Assembly: GCA_902593235.1 (NCBI GenBank)
Contig: CACJHS010000001.1
Span: 23,162-87,161, forward strand
Length of the DNA stretch: 64,000 nt
Origin: an uncultured Pelagibacteraceae bacterium
GTDB taxonomy: Bacteria; Pseudomonadota; Alphaproteobacteria; Pelagibacterales; Pelagibacteraceae
Reading direction: 5' to 3'
Shown here: positions 19,246-31,282 of the stretch, piece by piece
How the letters are laid out: the number at the start of each line of letters is the position of its first letter
How positions within the stretch are numbered: position 1 is the stretch's first letter
The notes under the pieces: generated by a model
Databases searched by the model: none
What the model saw: the letters and a program-made list of their open reading frames with translations, nothing else
What the model was told of the DNA's origin: nothing
Made by a program: the position numbers and the translations under genes

Positions 19246-19686
19246 ATGACTACCAAGAGTGAAAAGCCATATGTATTAAGAGCTGCTGAATTTGTTTATT
19301 CAAATATAATTGAAATTAAAAAACAAAATCCTGAAATAAATAATATACAAGCATTTGAAATTTTTATGACTTCTAAAGAGTATGACATTTTAAGTTCTGG
19401 AGAATTTCATGATAAATGGTTTTTAGAACTTAAGAATAATAAATTTATTGATTCTATTACCAAAAAAAAAATCAATGGAGAAACTTTAAGGCTTTTGGAA
19501 CTTCAAAAAGATTCTATGGTTAAATTTTTAATGAAAATACCTAAGCTTTATTATACAAAAAGTCATTTTCCACTAGAGATTTCACAAAGAGCCTTTGATC
19601 ATTTATGGAGAGTTTGTGAAAGCTATGAAATGTGGTGCAGAGAAACCAAACAGGAAAATCTGATATATCTTAATATTATTGAGTAG
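19246..19686 (+). CDS. Hypothetical protein
   Basis: 146-aa ORF 3 nt after the racemase; no recognised motif. Confidence 0.65.
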   Translation: MTTKSEKPYVLRAAEFVYSNIIEIKKQNPEINNIQAFEIFMTSKEYDILSSGEFHDKWFLELKNNKFIDSITKKKINGETLRLLELQKDSMVKFLMKIPKLYYTKSHFPLEISQRAFDHLWRVCESYEMWCRETKQENLIYLNIIE

Positions 19687-20056
19687 TATTATTTAAATTA
19701 ATAATTGATCTAGTAATATGTATTCTTTTTTTAACTAATTTTCTTAATTCTTGTTCTTCAAGTTTTTTTCGTGTCATATTTATTCTTCTTTCTACAAGAT
19801 TTCTTAATTCTTCATTAAATTCATTTTTATTTTTTTTCTTATCTAATTCTTCTTTAACTAAAGTTAAAGAATTTTTACCAGTTTTCTTTTTTATGCTTTG
19901 ATCAATTATAAATTGAGCAGTTGCTTTATAAACATTACCAGAAGTAAGAACTGTAACACCCGGACCAAGAATTGAGATAAAAGGTGTAAAACCATTCAAA
20001 AACAGAAATGACACTAAAATTGTAAAAATTTTAAACGATCTAAAGTTCATAAACAA
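19676..20056 (-). CDS. Hypothetical protein with N-terminal hydrophobic segment and 20-aa tandem repeat
   Basis: 126-aa ORF filling the gap; repeat ELRNLVERRINMTR / ELRKLVKKRIHITR. Confidence 0.6.
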   Translation of the reverse strand: MFMNFRSFKIFTILVSFLFLNGFTPFISILGPGVTVLTSGNVYKATAQFIIDQSIKKKTGKNSLTLVKEELDKKKNKNEFNEELRNLVERRINMTRKKLEEQELRKLVKKRIHITRSIINLNNTTQ

Positions 20057-20153
20057 AACCTAAGTGATTTGGTAAATAATATCTATAGTTAATTAGTTCA
20101 TTTTAGGCGTTGATTTATTTGATTTTATTAAATTTATTTGGTTATTAAATATT

Positions 20154-21002
20154 ATGCTTAGAATATTTCCTTTTATATTTGTACTTCTGTGGTCTTCTGC
20201 ATTTATAACAACAAAACCTATAATAGATAATAGTGATCCATTTGCTGCACTTGCTTTTAGATTTGCTTTAGTTGCTTTTGGTTTTTTTTTATTTTCTATT
20301 TATTCAAAACAAAAAATTTTAGTTAGTAAAAAAAACTTTTTCGAATCTTTTTTTAGTGGAGTTCTTTTTCATGGTTTTTATCTAGGAGGTGTCTTTTATT
20401 CTATTTCAATAGGTATGCCCACAGGAATTGCGGCATTAATAGTAACTCTTCAACCAATTCTTACAAATGCATTAAGCGGTCCAATCTTGAATGAAAAAGT
20501 ATCTAGCAAACAGTGGATAGGTGTCTTATTAGGATTTACTGGTGCAGGGCTTGTATTGGGTTTTGACATTGGCTCTAAAATACCTGCAGCAGGATTGATC
20601 GCAACAATAATAGCCTTATTAGCAATTACATTTTCAACTTTATGGCAAAAAAAATTGAGTAACAACTTGCCTTTGTCTACGAGTAATATGAATCAAGCTC
20701 TTGGTGGTTGTTTATTTCATTTGTTAATAATAATCTTATTTGTTGATCCATATATTGATTTCTCACAAACATTTATTATTGCAATGAGTCATCAAATATT
20801 TTTAGTATCATTCGGTGCATTTACTATTTTGATGTATTTAATTAAACACAATTCAGCTAGCAAAACTGTTTCTATATTTTTTTTAATCCCTGCTACATCT
20901 GCTTTTATGGCATGGCTTTTCTTAAATGAAAGTTTAACTAACTTAGACTTAATTGGATTTCTAATAACCTCTATAGGTGTTTATATTGCAACAAGAGATT
21001 GA
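20154..21002 (+). CDS. DMT/EamA family transporter
   Basis: About 10 TM; FVLLWSSAF, ALIVTLQPILT, LFLNESL. Confidence 0.9.
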   Translation: MLRIFPFIFVLLWSSAFITTKPIIDNSDPFAALAFRFALVAFGFFLFSIYSKQKILVSKKNFFESFFSGVLFHGFYLGGVFYSISIGMPTGIAALIVTLQPILTNALSGPILNEKVSSKQWIGVLLGFTGAGLVLGFDIGSKIPAAGLIATIIALLAITFSTLWQKKLSNNLPLSTSNMNQALGGCLFHLLIIILFVDPYIDFSQTFIIAMSHQIFLVSFGAFTILMYLIKHNSASKTVSIFFLIPATSAFMAWLFLNESLTNLDLIGFLITSIGVYIATRD

Positions 21003-21011
21003 AAATTAACC

Positions 21012-21599
21012 TTATAAAGATTCAAAACCAAACTCTAGAGATGCATCTGTAATAGAATGATATAAAGATTCTCCAAAACTTCTTAGAGCAAATAACCTTA
21101 CTTTATTTGGATTTTCACCCAACTTATCAACAGTAAAAGCTATTCCATTATAAGTTGAGTTAATTGAATTATTTTTATCTAATGTATCAAAATTAAAAGG
21201 GCATCCCTTTTTTAAAACTTCTAACGTATCATTACCTTCAATTTCAATAATAACTCTTGAATGTGATAAATCTGTTACAGCAAAGTCTGTATATTTAAAT
21301 TTATCTGCTATATCTTTTATTAAATCTTTTTTAGTTGAAACTAAAAACCAGTTTTTTGGTCCATTCCACATAATCCTTGTAGTGTCATTAAATACTACAG
21401 TTAAAGGTTCGTTTTTTAATTTTAAACCATCAATATCAATACCCTCAAATGAAACTGAAGAATTTTTGTACTGAACTATTTGAACAATTAATAAATTTTT
21501 GATTTCAGATATTTTAAGTATTTCATTTTTATTTTTACCCTCATAATCTCCGAATTGACCTTTTGTATGAACATTTGATAAAGCTGAAATTAATATCAT
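21012..21599 (-). CDS. soxG: Sarcosine oxidase gamma subunit family
   Basis: [27 protein letters not shown]; last gene of soxBDAG. Confidence 0.85.
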   Translation of the reverse strand: MILISALSNVHTKGQFGDYEGKNKNEILKISEIKNLLIVQIVQYKNSSVSFEGIDIDGLKLKNEPLTVVFNDTTRIMWNGPKNWFLVSTKKDLIKDIADKFKYTDFAVTDLSHSRVIIEIEGNDTLEVLKKGCPFNFDTLDKNNSINSTYNGIAFTVDKLGENPNKVRLFALRSFGESLYHSITDASLEFGFESL

Positions 21600-24592
21600 G
21601 ATCTAACTCTCTCACCTTTTGGGTCTACATAATGTGATGAAACTATTTCAACTGGTATTACTTTGTTTTTAAGTGGCGACATCGCAAAAAGCTTTTGACC
21701 GATCATATTTTTTCCATCTTTCAAAATTGCCAATGAAAAAGGATTATCATATTCAACACTCCAACAAGATGCAGAGATATGACCTAATTTTGGATTTGGT
21801 AACGGTGCTTTATCATCTTTAACTAAGTGAGATCCTTCTGGTATACTTGTTTGTTTATCTAATGGAACTACGCCCACTATTCTTTGTCTATCTTCAGCTA
21901 TAAATGCAGATCTTTGTAATGATCTTTTTCCAATAAAATCTTTCTTTTTGCTAACAAGACCTTCTAAGGCGTTGTCGAATGGAATTGTTCTACCATCAAG
22001 TTCTGATCCAGCAACATGTCCCATTTCAATTCTAAGAGTTGATAATGCTTCTGTTCCATACGGTTGAATGTTAAATTCCTCACCAACTTCCATTATTTTT
22101 TCCCACATGAAATTTCCATAATCAGATTCAACATTTACTTCATAAGCAAGCTCGCCTGAGAACGAAATTCTAAAAATTCTTGCTTTAACACCAGATAAAT
22201 CTCCCTCCATGTATCCCATGAAAGGCAAACCTTCATTTGATACATCTGAATTTGGAAATAATTTTTGTAATAAATCTCTAGATTTAGGTCCAGCGATAGC
22301 TGCTCCTGCCCACTGTTCTGTAGTTGAAACTACATTCACATTTAATTCAGGCCAAACTAGTTGCAAATAATATTCTAAATGCGAAAGAACGTTTGCTGCT
22401 TGAGCTGTTGTTGTCGTCATATGGTAATGATTTTCAGAAATTCTTGTAGTTGTTCCGTCATCCATTACAATTCCATCTTCTCTTAACATTACGCCATATC
22501 TAGCTTTACCGACTGGTAGCTTCAACCATGCATTAGTATAGACCCTATTTAATAACTCCGCTGCATCTGGTCCCTTAATATCTATTTTACCTAATGTAGT
22601 TACATCACAAACACCCACGTTTGTTCTTACATTTTTTGCTTCTCTTTTTGATCCCTCAAATAAATTTTCATTCCCTCTTTTATAATACCTTGGTCTTAAC
22701 CAAACACCCGCATCAACAAAAACTGCATTATTTTTTTCATGCCATGAATGCATTGGAGATTTTCTTGTTGGTTTTGAGTGTTTTCCAACTTCCCTTCCTA
22801 CTATTGCTCCAATAGAAACTGGAGTATATGGGGGTCTAAAAGTTGTATGACCTACTGCAGGAACAACTTTATTTTCAATTTCGGATACTAATTGCAATCC
22901 ATTTAAATTACTTGTTTTTCCTTGATCTGTTGCCATTCCTAAAGTGGTATATCTTTTAACGTGTTCAATTGATCGATACCCTTCTCTTAAAGCTATTTCT
23001 ATATCAGATACTGCTACATCATTTTGGAAATCTAAAAACCTTTTATAATTTTTACCTTTCGGCAATGGAACGCACCAGAACTTATCATGTTGAGAAGATT
23101 TCTTTTCAACAACATTTGGAATAGCTATCTCGTTATCATTTTCAGTAATTTTTTTTGATAATTCACTTCCTGCTTCAAATGAAGTTTTTAAAGTTTCCTC
23201 CAGTGTAAATACTCCATTAGCTGCACCTAGAGTAATTTCATTTTGTTTTGATTGCCCTGGGACAAATGCATCAATTTCCTCTTTAAACTTCGTTTTATTT
23301 CCTGATTGTGAGGCTAAATGAATGGTTGGTGTCCAAAAACCTGAAACACAAATACAGTCACATTCTATATTTTCTATTTTACCAAGTTGTTTTTTGTCTT
23401 CAGAAATAGATGCAATATCTGCGGATTTTACTTTTTTATATCCTTGTGCTGCAACAACAACATATGAATTTTTAATGTTAATTCCTAAATTTTTTGCTTC
23501 GTCAATTATTTCTGACTCAGGATTTTTTCTTGAATCTAAAACAACTGGATCTACTCCATGCTTTTTAAATTCAATTGCTGTTTCGTATCCACTGTCATTA
23601 TTTGTAAACACTAGTGGTTTTCTTCCAACTAAAACACCATACACTTTTAAATATTCTTTAGCAGCTGAAGAGAGCATAACTCCTGGTGTATCATTATTTC
23701 CAAAAACTATTGGTCTTTCAATTGATCCTGAAGAAATCAAAACTTCTTTTGCACGAATGTACCATAGTCTTTTATTAGGGTGATATTTTCTAGTTGTAGG
23801 TAAATGATCGCTAACTTTTTCCGACATAACAAGCATGTTGTGATCATAATATCCAAAAATTTGAGATCTATTTTTAACAACAACATTTGGCATTGTTTTA
23901 AGTTCTGCAATTATCCCCTCAGCCCAATCTTTTCCTGATTGATTGCCAATATTGACATCACTGGTTAGTAAAGATCCGCCAAATCTTGGTTTATCTTCAG
24001 CCAGAATAACTTTGGCTCCATTTTTTGCTGCAGCATATGCACTAGCTAATCCTGAGGGTCCTGAGCCTGCAATTAATAAATCACAATATTCATATTTATG
24101 TTCATATCTTTCTTTATCGTGTTTAATTGAAGCTACACCTAAACCAGCTGCTTTTCTAATAAATGGCTCATAAATTCGATACCAAAAACTTTTAGGCCAC
24201 ATAAAAGTCTTGTAATAAAAACCTGCTGGTAAAAAAATTCTCAAAAAATTATTGATTGCACCTATATCAAAATTAACACTTGGCCAACAATTAACACTTT
24301 TTGCCTCTAAACCCTCAAATAGCTCCTGCTCAGTGGCTTTAATATTAGGTTCTGTTTCACCATTTCTATAAAGTTGTACAACTGCATAGGGTTCATCTAC
24401 CCCAGCTCCAAAGAAGCCTCTGGGTCTGTGATATTTAAAACTTCTTCCTACTAAATGAACTCCATTTGCTAATAAAGCTGAAGCTAATGTGTCACCCTCA
24501 TAACCAAAGTAAGTTTTACCATTAAACTTAAAAGATAATTTTTTATCTCTATTTATTAACCCGCTATTTTCAATTCTAAAAGCTTGATTCAT
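21596..24592 (-). CDS. soxA: Sarcosine oxidase alpha subunit family
   Basis: [36 protein letters not shown], GcvT-like C-terminal domain. Confidence 0.95.
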   Translation of the reverse strand: MNQAFRIENSGLINRDKKLSFKFNGKTYFGYEGDTLASALLANGVHLVGRSFKYHRPRGFFGAGVDEPYAVVQLYRNGETEPNIKATEQELFEGLEAKSVNCWPSVNFDIGAINNFLRIFLPAGFYYKTFMWPKSFWYRIYEPFIRKAAGLGVASIKHDKERYEHKYEYCDLLIAGSGPSGLASAYAAAKNGAKVILAEDKPRFGGSLLTSDVNIGNQSGKDWAEGIIAELKTMPNVVVKNRSQIFGYYDHNMLVMSEKVSDHLPTTRKYHPNKRLWYIRAKEVLISSGSIERPIVFGNNDTPGVMLSSAAKEYLKVYGVLVGRKPLVFTNNDSGYETAIEFKKHGVDPVVLDSRKNPESEIIDEAKNLGINIKNSYVVVAAQGYKKVKSADIASISEDKKQLGKIENIECDCICVSGFWTPTIHLASQSGNKTKFKEEIDAFVPGQSKQNEITLGAANGVFTLEETLKTSFEAGSELSKKITENDNEIAIPNVVEKKSSQHDKFWCVPLPKGKNYKRFLDFQNDVAVSDIEIALREGYRSIEHVKRYTTLGMATDQGKTSNLNGLQLVSEIENKVVPAVGHTTFRPPYTPVSIGAIVGREVGKHSKPTRKSPMHSWHEKNNAVFVDAGVWLRPRYYKRGNENLFEGSKREAKNVRTNVGVCDVTTLGKIDIKGPDAAELLNRVYTNAWLKLPVGKARYGVMLREDGIVMDDGTTTRISENHYHMTTTTAQAANVLSHLEYYLQLVWPELNVNVVSTTEQWAGAAIAGPKSRDLLQKLFPNSDVSNEGLPFMGYMEGDLSGVKARIFRISFSGELAYEVNVESDYGNFMWEKIMEVGEEFNIQPYGTEALSTLRIEMGHVAGSELDGRTIPFDNALEGLVSKKKDFIGKRSLQRSAFIAEDRQRIVGVVPLDKQTSIPEGSHLVKDDKAPLPNPKLGHISASCWSVEYDNPFSLAILKDGKNMIGQKLFAMSPLKNKVIPVEIVSSHYVDPKGERVRS

Positions 24593-24861
24593 TAAGCAAC
24601 TTCCTCATCAGCTTTAAAAGTTCTGAAAATTTCATGGGTTGCTGTATCTCTCTCAACTTTAATCCATTGCCTACATCCAGAAATATGTTGCCATAGCTCT
24701 AAATGCTTACCTCTTAAACTTTTTCTATTATAAACAAAATTATCCCATTCTTGATCAGAAACTTCTTTATTAAGTTCTGGTCTTTTAACACTTGCATCGC
24801 CACCATATGAAAATTCATTTTGAGATCTCATTCCACAGTGTGGGCAATTTATGTAAAGCAT
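24592..24861 (-). CDS. soxD: Sarcosine oxidase delta subunit
   Basis: CPHCG...EFSYGG...WQHISGCRQW Zn motif. Confidence 0.95.
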   Translation of the reverse strand: MLYINCPHCGMRSQNEFSYGGDASVKRPELNKEVSDQEWDNFVYNRKSLRGKHLELWQHISGCRQWIKVERDTATHEIFRTFKADEEVA

Positions 24862-26118
24862 TTAAGATATCCAGGTTTTTGTTCCTAGTCCCTTTTCATC
24901 AATTAGATGGCCTGTATTAAATCTATTTAAACTATAACCAGCGTTTAATTCGTGAACTCTATCTTGTGCAATTGTGTGTGCAAACGTCCAACCTGAAGCA
25001 GGTGTAGCTTTAAATCCTCCATAACACCATCCACAATTTAAATACAATCCTTCAATATGAGTTTTGTCAATAATTGGAGAACCGTCCATTGACATATCCA
25101 TAATACCACCCCAGGTTCTCAACATTTTTAATTTGCTTAAAAATGGCATCATTGCAATTCCTTCTGTCAATACATGTTGTAGAGTTGGTAAGTTTCCTCT
25201 TTGTGCATAACTATTGTATCCATCTAAATCTCCACCCATTACCATTTCACCTTTATCTGACTGACTCACATAAAAATGACCAGCGCCAAATGTAACTACA
25301 TTATCCAGAACTGGTTTAATTGGTTCAGAAACGCATGCTTGAAGCAAATGAGTTTCAATTGGTAAATTCATATTTAATTTTTCAGCTAATATGTTTGTGC
25401 TTCCTGCAACACATAAACCAACTTTTTTTGCTTTGATATTTCCACGTGAAGTTCTAATGCCATTTATTTTTCCAGCTGAAACATCAAATCCAATTACTTC
25501 ACAATTCTGAATAATATCTACCCCCATTGAGTCTGCCTGACGAGCATAACCCCATGCAACAGCGTCATGTCTTGCTGTGCCTGCACTTGGTTGCATCAAA
25601 CCACCAAAAATTGGAAATCTTACGTTGTCAGAAAAATCTGCCATTGGAATAATTTCTTTAACTTGCTCTCTATTTAAAAGAACTGCATCTATTCCGTTTA
25701 ATCTCATAGAATTTCCTCTTCTTGCATAAGCATTCATTTGGGCATCCGAATGAGCAAGATTAATAATTCCTCTTGGAGAAAACATCACATTGTAGTTTAG
25801 GTCCTGACTCATCTTTCTCCATAAATCCATTCCAAACTCACTGAATAAACCATTTTCGTCATGCATATAATTAGATCTAATAATTGTAGTGTTACGTCCT
25901 ACATTTCCTCCTCCAATCCATCCTTTTTCTATGATTGCAACTTTTGTAATGTTATGTTCTTTAGCAAGATAATACGCTGTAGCTAAACCATGGCCTCCAC
26001 CACCTATAATTACAACATCATATTCTTCCTTGGGTGTTGGATCTTTCCAAGCCAAATCCCAATTTTCATGGTTTGAAAAAGCGTTTTTAACAAGATTAAA
26101 TATAGAATACTTTTGCAT
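24862..26118 (-). CDS. soxB: Sarcosine oxidase beta subunit family
   Basis: GGGGHGLATAYYLAKEH, GRNTTIIRSNY, GTARHDAVAWGYAR, GGFKATP. Confidence 0.95.
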   Translation of the reverse strand: MQKYSIFNLVKNAFSNHENWDLAWKDPTPKEEYDVVIIGGGGHGLATAYYLAKEHNITKVAIIEKGWIGGGNVGRNTTIIRSNYMHDENGLFSEFGMDLWRKMSQDLNYNVMFSPRGIINLAHSDAQMNAYARRGNSMRLNGIDAVLLNREQVKEIIPMADFSDNVRFPIFGGLMQPSAGTARHDAVAWGYARQADSMGVDIIQNCEVIGFDVSAGKINGIRTSRGNIKAKKVGLCVAGSTNILAEKLNMNLPIETHLLQACVSEPIKPVLDNVVTFGAGHFYVSQSDKGEMVMGGDLDGYNSYAQRGNLPTLQHVLTEGIAMMPFLSKLKMLRTWGGIMDMSMDGSPIIDKTHIEGLYLNCGWCYGGFKATPASGWTFAHTIAQDRVHELNAGYSLNRFNTGHLIDEKGLGTKTWIS

Positions 26119-26248
26119 CAGTTAATTTTATAACAATCAATTTAAATAGTGCTTATTTTTTTTATATATATTTTTTAGAAGTTTCCAAATATCTCAAAAA
26201 AGGATAAGAAGTCACAGATAAAAAACTTTTAATTTATTTGGATTATTT

Positions 26249-27931
26249 ATGGCCGAAGTAAAATCTGACATTCAAATAGCTCGAGAAGCTAAGATGCAAC
26301 CAATAAAAGATATTCTTTCCAAGGTTGGTGTCCCCGATGAAAATTTTGCTTTTAGTCCTATGGGTAGACATATAGCAAAAATAAATTTGGAATATTTAAA
26401 TACTCTTAAAAAAGAAAATGGTAAATTAATTTTAGTTACAGCAATCACTCCCACTCCTGCTGGGGAGGGTAAAACAACAACTTCGGTTGGTTTAAATGAC
26501 GGTTTAAATAAAATTGGAAAAAAATCTATTGTTTGTTTAAGAGAACCAAGTCTTGGTCCATCATTTGGAATGAAGGGCGGAGCTGCTGGTGGTGGCTATG
26601 CCCAAGTGGTACCAATGGAACAAATTAATCTTCATTTTACAGGTGACTTTCATGCAATTACATCTGCACATAATTTACTATCTGCATTAATTGATAATCA
26701 TATTTATTGGGGCAACAAACTTAACATTGATGTTAGAAGAATTGTTTGGAGAAGAGTAATGGATATGAATGATAGATCGTTAAGATCTATTATTGTTGAT
26801 CTAGGAGGGGTAGCTAATGGTTACCCAAGGCAAGATAGTTTCGATATTACAGTTGCATCTGAGCTTATGGCTATTTTTTGTTTAGCAACAGACTTAAAAG
26901 ATTTGGAAAACAGAATTGGAAATATTACAATTGGTTATACCAGAGATAAGCAAGCAATTTATGCAAAAGATTTAAATGCACAAGGACCGATGACTGTTTT
27001 GCTTAAGGAAGCAATAAGACCCAATGTAACTCAAACTCTAGAAAACAATCCTGCAATAATTCATGGTGGCCCTTTTGCAAATATTGCTCATGGATGTAAT
27101 TCAGTTATTGCAACTAAAGCTGGACTTAAATTAGCTGACTACGTTGTAACAGAGGCAGGATTCGGAGCTGATTTGGGAGCTGAAAAATTTCTGGATATTA
27201 AGTGTAGAAAATCTGGTCTAAAGCCAGATTGTGTTGTCATTGTTGCAACTATAAGAGCACTGAAAATGCATGGTGGAGTTGCTAAAGAAGATTTAAAAAA
27301 AGAAAATGTATCAGCACTTAAAGAGGGAATGGTAAATTTACGTAGACATATTAATAATATTAGAAAATTTGGATTACCTGTTACTGTTGCAGTTAATCAT
27401 TTTATTACTGATACTGAAGATGAAATGAAAACTTTGTTAGATTTTTGTGAAACGCAAGGAGTAAAAGCCTCTAAATGTACTCATTGGTCAAATGGAAGTG
27501 AAGGAACTATTGAACTGGCTAAAAATGTTACAGAAATTTGTGAGGATAAAAAAGATACATTTAAATTTTTATATGAGGATGATCTTCCGTTATTCAAAAA
27601 AATAGAAAAAATTGCACAAGAAATTTATAGCGCCTCTGAAGTGGTAGCTGACACAAAAGTTAGACAACAATTAAAAGATTTTGAAGAAAAAGGTTACGGT
27701 AAGTTACCTGTTTGTATTGCAAAAACTCAATATAGTTTTTCAACAGATCCAAATTTAAAAGGTGCACCCACAGGTCATGTTTTGCCTGTAAGAGAGGTAA
27801 GACTTTCTTCAGGTGCTGAATTTATAGTTGTTGTGTGTGGAGAAATTATGACAATGCCAGGTCTTCCAAGAGTTCCTGCAGCCGATTCAATAAAATTAAA
27901 TGATAAGGGTGAAATAGAAGGTTTATTCTAA
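26249..27931 (+). CDS. fhs: Formate--tetrahydrofolate ligase
   Basis: [43 protein letters not shown]. Confidence 0.98.
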   Translation: MAEVKSDIQIAREAKMQPIKDILSKVGVPDENFAFSPMGRHIAKINLEYLNTLKKENGKLILVTAITPTPAGEGKTTTSVGLNDGLNKIGKKSIVCLREPSLGPSFGMKGGAAGGGYAQVVPMEQINLHFTGDFHAITSAHNLLSALIDNHIYWGNKLNIDVRRIVWRRVMDMNDRSLRSIIVDLGGVANGYPRQDSFDITVASELMAIFCLATDLKDLENRIGNITIGYTRDKQAIYAKDLNAQGPMTVLLKEAIRPNVTQTLENNPAIIHGGPFANIAHGCNSVIATKAGLKLADYVVTEAGFGADLGAEKFLDIKCRKSGLKPDCVVIVATIRALKMHGGVAKEDLKKENVSALKEGMVNLRRHINNIRKFGLPVTVAVNHFITDTEDEMKTLLDFCETQGVKASKCTHWSNGSEGTIELAKNVTEICEDKKDTFKFLYEDDLPLFKKIEKIAQEIYSASEVVADTKVRQQLKDFEEKGYGKLPVCIAKTQYSFSTDPNLKGAPTGHVLPVREVRLSSGAEFIVVVCGEIMTMPGLPRVPAADSIKLNDKGEIEGLF

Positions 27932-28711
27932 ATTTAGATAGTCTAACCAATTCTCTAATTCTCTCATTCTAGAAACTTTATCTAATTTATTATTCTCAGT
28001 TTCTATATATTTAATATGATTATCGATTTCATCCTCATCTTTAAAAGCACCTTTTTCTAAAAGTCTCTTTTTTCTGAAAATAATCAAATTGATCATTTTA
28101 TTGTAAGTAATTTCAGGATGGTATTGAAGTCCCCATACATTACTGTTTCCAATTTTAAAATTTATCCCTTGAACGTTATTTATTGGGTTTGAGGCTAATA
28201 AAATTGAATCTTCTGGCATTGTTACGACTTCATCAAAATTAAATGCTGGTGTATTAAATTTTTTATCTTTATTTTTATAAAGTGGATGATTTAGACCATT
28301 TTCATTAATTTCTATATTTGAGGCAATCCCTCTATGGGATCCTTTTGTTGCTTTTTTTACCTCCCCTCCTGCTGCAGTCACAGCTACTTGCATACCCCAA
28401 CATATTGCTAGAATTTTTTTAATTTTTTTCTGACACTCTTTCATAAATTCAATTTGTCTTTTTATTTCTGGAGTATTGTTATAAATATTTAAGCTACTTC
28501 CGCCCCAAATAAGACCATCATAGCTTTCAAGTGAATCAATATTTTTGTCAATATTTTCATCTGAGGAAGGATTAACCACGTGAGTTTCTAATTTATCTGT
28601 GAAATAAGCTAAACTATCTTTAAGGCTTTCTGTATGTGTTTGAATTCCCGCCTCAGAAAAACTTTGATTTTCTTCTCGTAAGTTTCCTTCTACTATCAAT
28701 ATTTTTTTCAT
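27923..28711 (-). CDS. Class I glutamine amidotransferase-like protein
   Basis: Nucleophile elbow ILAICWGMQ and LQYHPE (Cys-His-Glu triad). Confidence 0.88.
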   Translation of the reverse strand: MKKILIVEGNLREENQSFSEAGIQTHTESLKDSLAYFTDKLETHVVNPSSDENIDKNIDSLESYDGLIWGGSSLNIYNNTPEIKRQIEFMKECQKKIKKILAICWGMQVAVTAAGGEVKKATKGSHRGIASNIEINENGLNHPLYKNKDKKFNTPAFNFDEVVTMPEDSILLASNPINNVQGINFKIGNSNVWGLQYHPEITYNKMINLIIFRKKRLLEKGAFKDEDEIDNHIKYIETENNKLDKVSRMRELENWLDYLNLE

Positions 28712-29868
28712 TAAAATAATTCTCCAGAAATACTTTTTATATACATTTGTTTTAGATCATTTTGACTTAATTTTTTAGGATTTCCTCCTGTTGATGGGTC
28801 TTCAAATGCCATTAAAGAAAGTTCATCTAGATCAATATTATTACAATCCATTACATCTGATAATTTGTGTGGAATATTTAAATTTTTTCTTAATTCCAAA
28901 ATCCAATTTAAAAAACTATCAAAATTTTTATTTAAATTAAGATAATCACAAATCGATATTATTTTATTTTCGATTGAAGATTTATTAAATGTTAAAACAT
29001 AAGGCATAAATATTGCGTTTGATAAGCCGTGGTGAACATTAAATTTACCGTTTACTGGGTGACTTAATGAATGAATTGCTCCTAGTCCTTTTTGAAACGC
29101 AGTCGAGCCCATTGAAGCTGCTGAAAGTAAATCCATTCTAGCGTTAACATCTTTTCCATTTGTAAATGCTTTAAATAAAGAATTTTTAATTAACTTCATT
29201 CCTTCCATTGCCATACCATCAGCCATTGGATGATATCCTGGTGCACAAAACGCTTCTAAATTATGAGCTAGTGCATCCATTCCTGTTGCTGCTGTTAATC
29301 TTGGAGATAAATCTAGTGTAAGTAAAGGATCTAAAATAACAATCGAAGGTAACATTTTTGGGTGAAAAATAATTTTTTTTGCACCTGTTTCTTTATTTAT
29401 AATTGCAGATGCTCTACCAGTTTCGGATCCAGTCCCAGCAGTGGTTGGAACTGCAATAATTTTTGAAATTTTAGAACTATCAGCTCTTGTCCAGTAATCG
29501 CCAATATCTTCGAAATCCCATAATGGTCTAGATTGATTACACATAAATGCTATGGCTTTTCCAACATCTAAACCACTTCCGCCTCCTAAAGCTATTACAC
29601 CATCACAACCAGAAGTATTATAAACTTTAACACCTTCTCCTACATTTTCTCCAATTGGATTTCCCGTAAAATTAGAAAAAATTGCTAAATTTTCAAAACT
29701 TTTTTTTAATCTTAATATTATATTTTTTGTTAAATCTAAGTTAATTAAATCCTTGTCTGTTACAAATAATGGATTTGAAATATTTAACTCTTTGCAGGCT
29801 AAAGATAAATCTTCAATTCTATTTTCTCCTATCCACATAGTGGTTGGATAATTCCAATTAATACCCAT
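28711..29868 (-). CDS. Iron-containing alcohol dehydrogenase
   Basis: GGGSGLDVGK, PTTAGTGSE, GMDALAHNLE, HSLSH, HHG. Confidence 0.95.
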   Translation of the reverse strand: MGINWNYPTTMWIGENRIEDLSLACKELNISNPLFVTDKDLINLDLTKNIILRLKKSFENLAIFSNFTGNPIGENVGEGVKVYNTSGCDGVIALGGGSGLDVGKAIAFMCNQSRPLWDFEDIGDYWTRADSSKISKIIAVPTTAGTGSETGRASAIINKETGAKKIIFHPKMLPSIVILDPLLTLDLSPRLTAATGMDALAHNLEAFCAPGYHPMADGMAMEGMKLIKNSLFKAFTNGKDVNARMDLLSAASMGSTAFQKGLGAIHSLSHPVNGKFNVHHGLSNAIFMPYVLTFNKSSIENKIISICDYLNLNKNFDSFLNWILELRKNLNIPHKLSDVMDCNNIDLDELSLMAFEDPSTGGNPKKLSQNDLKQMYIKSISGELF

Positions 29869-29945
29869 AACAAAATATAATTTTATTTTTTTTAAAATTC
29901 TTAGTAAGATATATTTATAAATTTATTAATGATAGGAAAAATTCT

Positions 29946-31277
29946 ATGTCAAAAGTAGCAATCATTGGCGCTGGTCCATGTGGACTTTCAATTTTAAGAG
30001 CATTTGAACATTTAGAAAAAAAGGGAGAAAAAATTCCTGAAATAGTTTGCTTTGAAAAACAAGAAAGTTGGGGTGGTCTGTGGAACTACAACTGGAGAAC
30101 TGGTTCAGATCAATATGGAGATCCTGTACCTAACAGTATGTACAGATACTTATGGTCAAATGGACCTAAAGAGTGTTTAGAATTTGCTGATTATTCTTTT
30201 GATGAACATTTTGGAAAACCAATTCCCTCTTTCCCTCCAAGAGAAGTACTGCAAGATTATATTTTAGGAAGAGTGAGCAAGGGAAATATAAAAAGTAAGA
30301 TTAAATTTAATACAAGAGTCACAAACACTGTTTATAAAAATGATAAGTTTGAAATTAGCTACCAGGACAAAGTAAATAATAAAGTTTTAAATGATACATT
30401 CGATTATGTGGTAGTCTCTACAGGTCATTTTTCTGTGCCTTTTATTCCTGAGTACGAAGGAATGAATTCTTTCCCAGGAAGGATAATGCACTCACATGAT
30501 TTTAGAGATGCAGAAGAGTTTAGAGGAAAAGATGTAATTGTTTTGGGGAGCAGTTATTCAGCTGAAGATGTAGCCCTGCAATGTAATAAATATGGCGCTA
30601 AAAGTGTAACAATCGGTTACAGGCATAACCCAATGGGCTTTAAATGGCCAAAAGGCATGAAAGAAGTTCATTACTTAGATAGGTTAGATGGAAAAAAAGC
30701 TATATTTAAAGACGGAACAGAACAAAATGCCGATGTAGTTATCTTATGCACTGGATATCTTCATCATTTCCCATTTTTAGATGAAAGTTTAAAATTAAAA
30801 ACACATAACAGATTGTATCCACCAAAACTTTACAAAGGAGTTGTGTGGCAAGATAATCATAAACTTTTATATTTAGGTATGCAGGATCAGTTTCACACAT
30901 TTAATATGTTTGATTGTCAAGGATGGTATGCGAGAGATGTGATCATGGGGAAAATCAAAATGCCTAGCGATGAAGAAATAGATAAAGACATAAATAAATG
31001 GGTTTCAATGGAAGAAAAATTAGAAAATCCTGATCAAATGATTGATTTTCAAACAGAATATACCAAAGAGCTTCATGATATGTCTGATTATCCAAAAATA
31101 GATTTTGAATTAATTAGAAAACATTTTAAAGAATGGGAACATCATAAAGTAGAAGACATTCTAACTTATAGAAATAAATCGTTTTCATCTCCTGTAACTG
31201 GATCTGTAGCACCAATCCATCACACACCTTGGGAAAAAGCGATGGATGACTCAATGAAAACTTTTTTAAATAAATAA
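29946..31277 (+). CDS. tmm: Trimethylamine monooxygenase (bacterial flavin-containing monooxygenase)
   Basis: GAGPCG, WGGLWNYNWRTG, SMYRYLWSNGPKECLEFADY, FMO motif FPGRIMHSHDFR, GSSYSAED; adjacent to TMAO genes. Confidence 0.93.
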   Translation: MSKVAIIGAGPCGLSILRAFEHLEKKGEKIPEIVCFEKQESWGGLWNYNWRTGSDQYGDPVPNSMYRYLWSNGPKECLEFADYSFDEHFGKPIPSFPPREVLQDYILGRVSKGNIKSKIKFNTRVTNTVYKNDKFEISYQDKVNNKVLNDTFDYVVVSTGHFSVPFIPEYEGMNSFPGRIMHSHDFRDAEEFRGKDVIVLGSSYSAEDVALQCNKYGAKSVTIGYRHNPMGFKWPKGMKEVHYLDRLDGKKAIFKDGTEQNADVVILCTGYLHHFPFLDESLKLKTHNRLYPPKLYKGVVWQDNHKLLYLGMQDQFHTFNMFDCQGWYARDVIMGKIKMPSDEEIDKDINKWVSMEEKLENPDQMIDFQTEYTKELHDMSDYPKIDFELIRKHFKEWEHHKVEDILTYRNKSFSSPVTGSVAPIHHTPWEKAMDDSMKTFLNK

Positions 31278-31282
31278 AAAAA

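Noticed and set aside
29870-29945. Fourth copy of the shared promoter motif between the ADH gene and tmm (TTTTTTTAAAATTCTTAG)
   Set aside because: Too degenerate to separate from AT-rich background.
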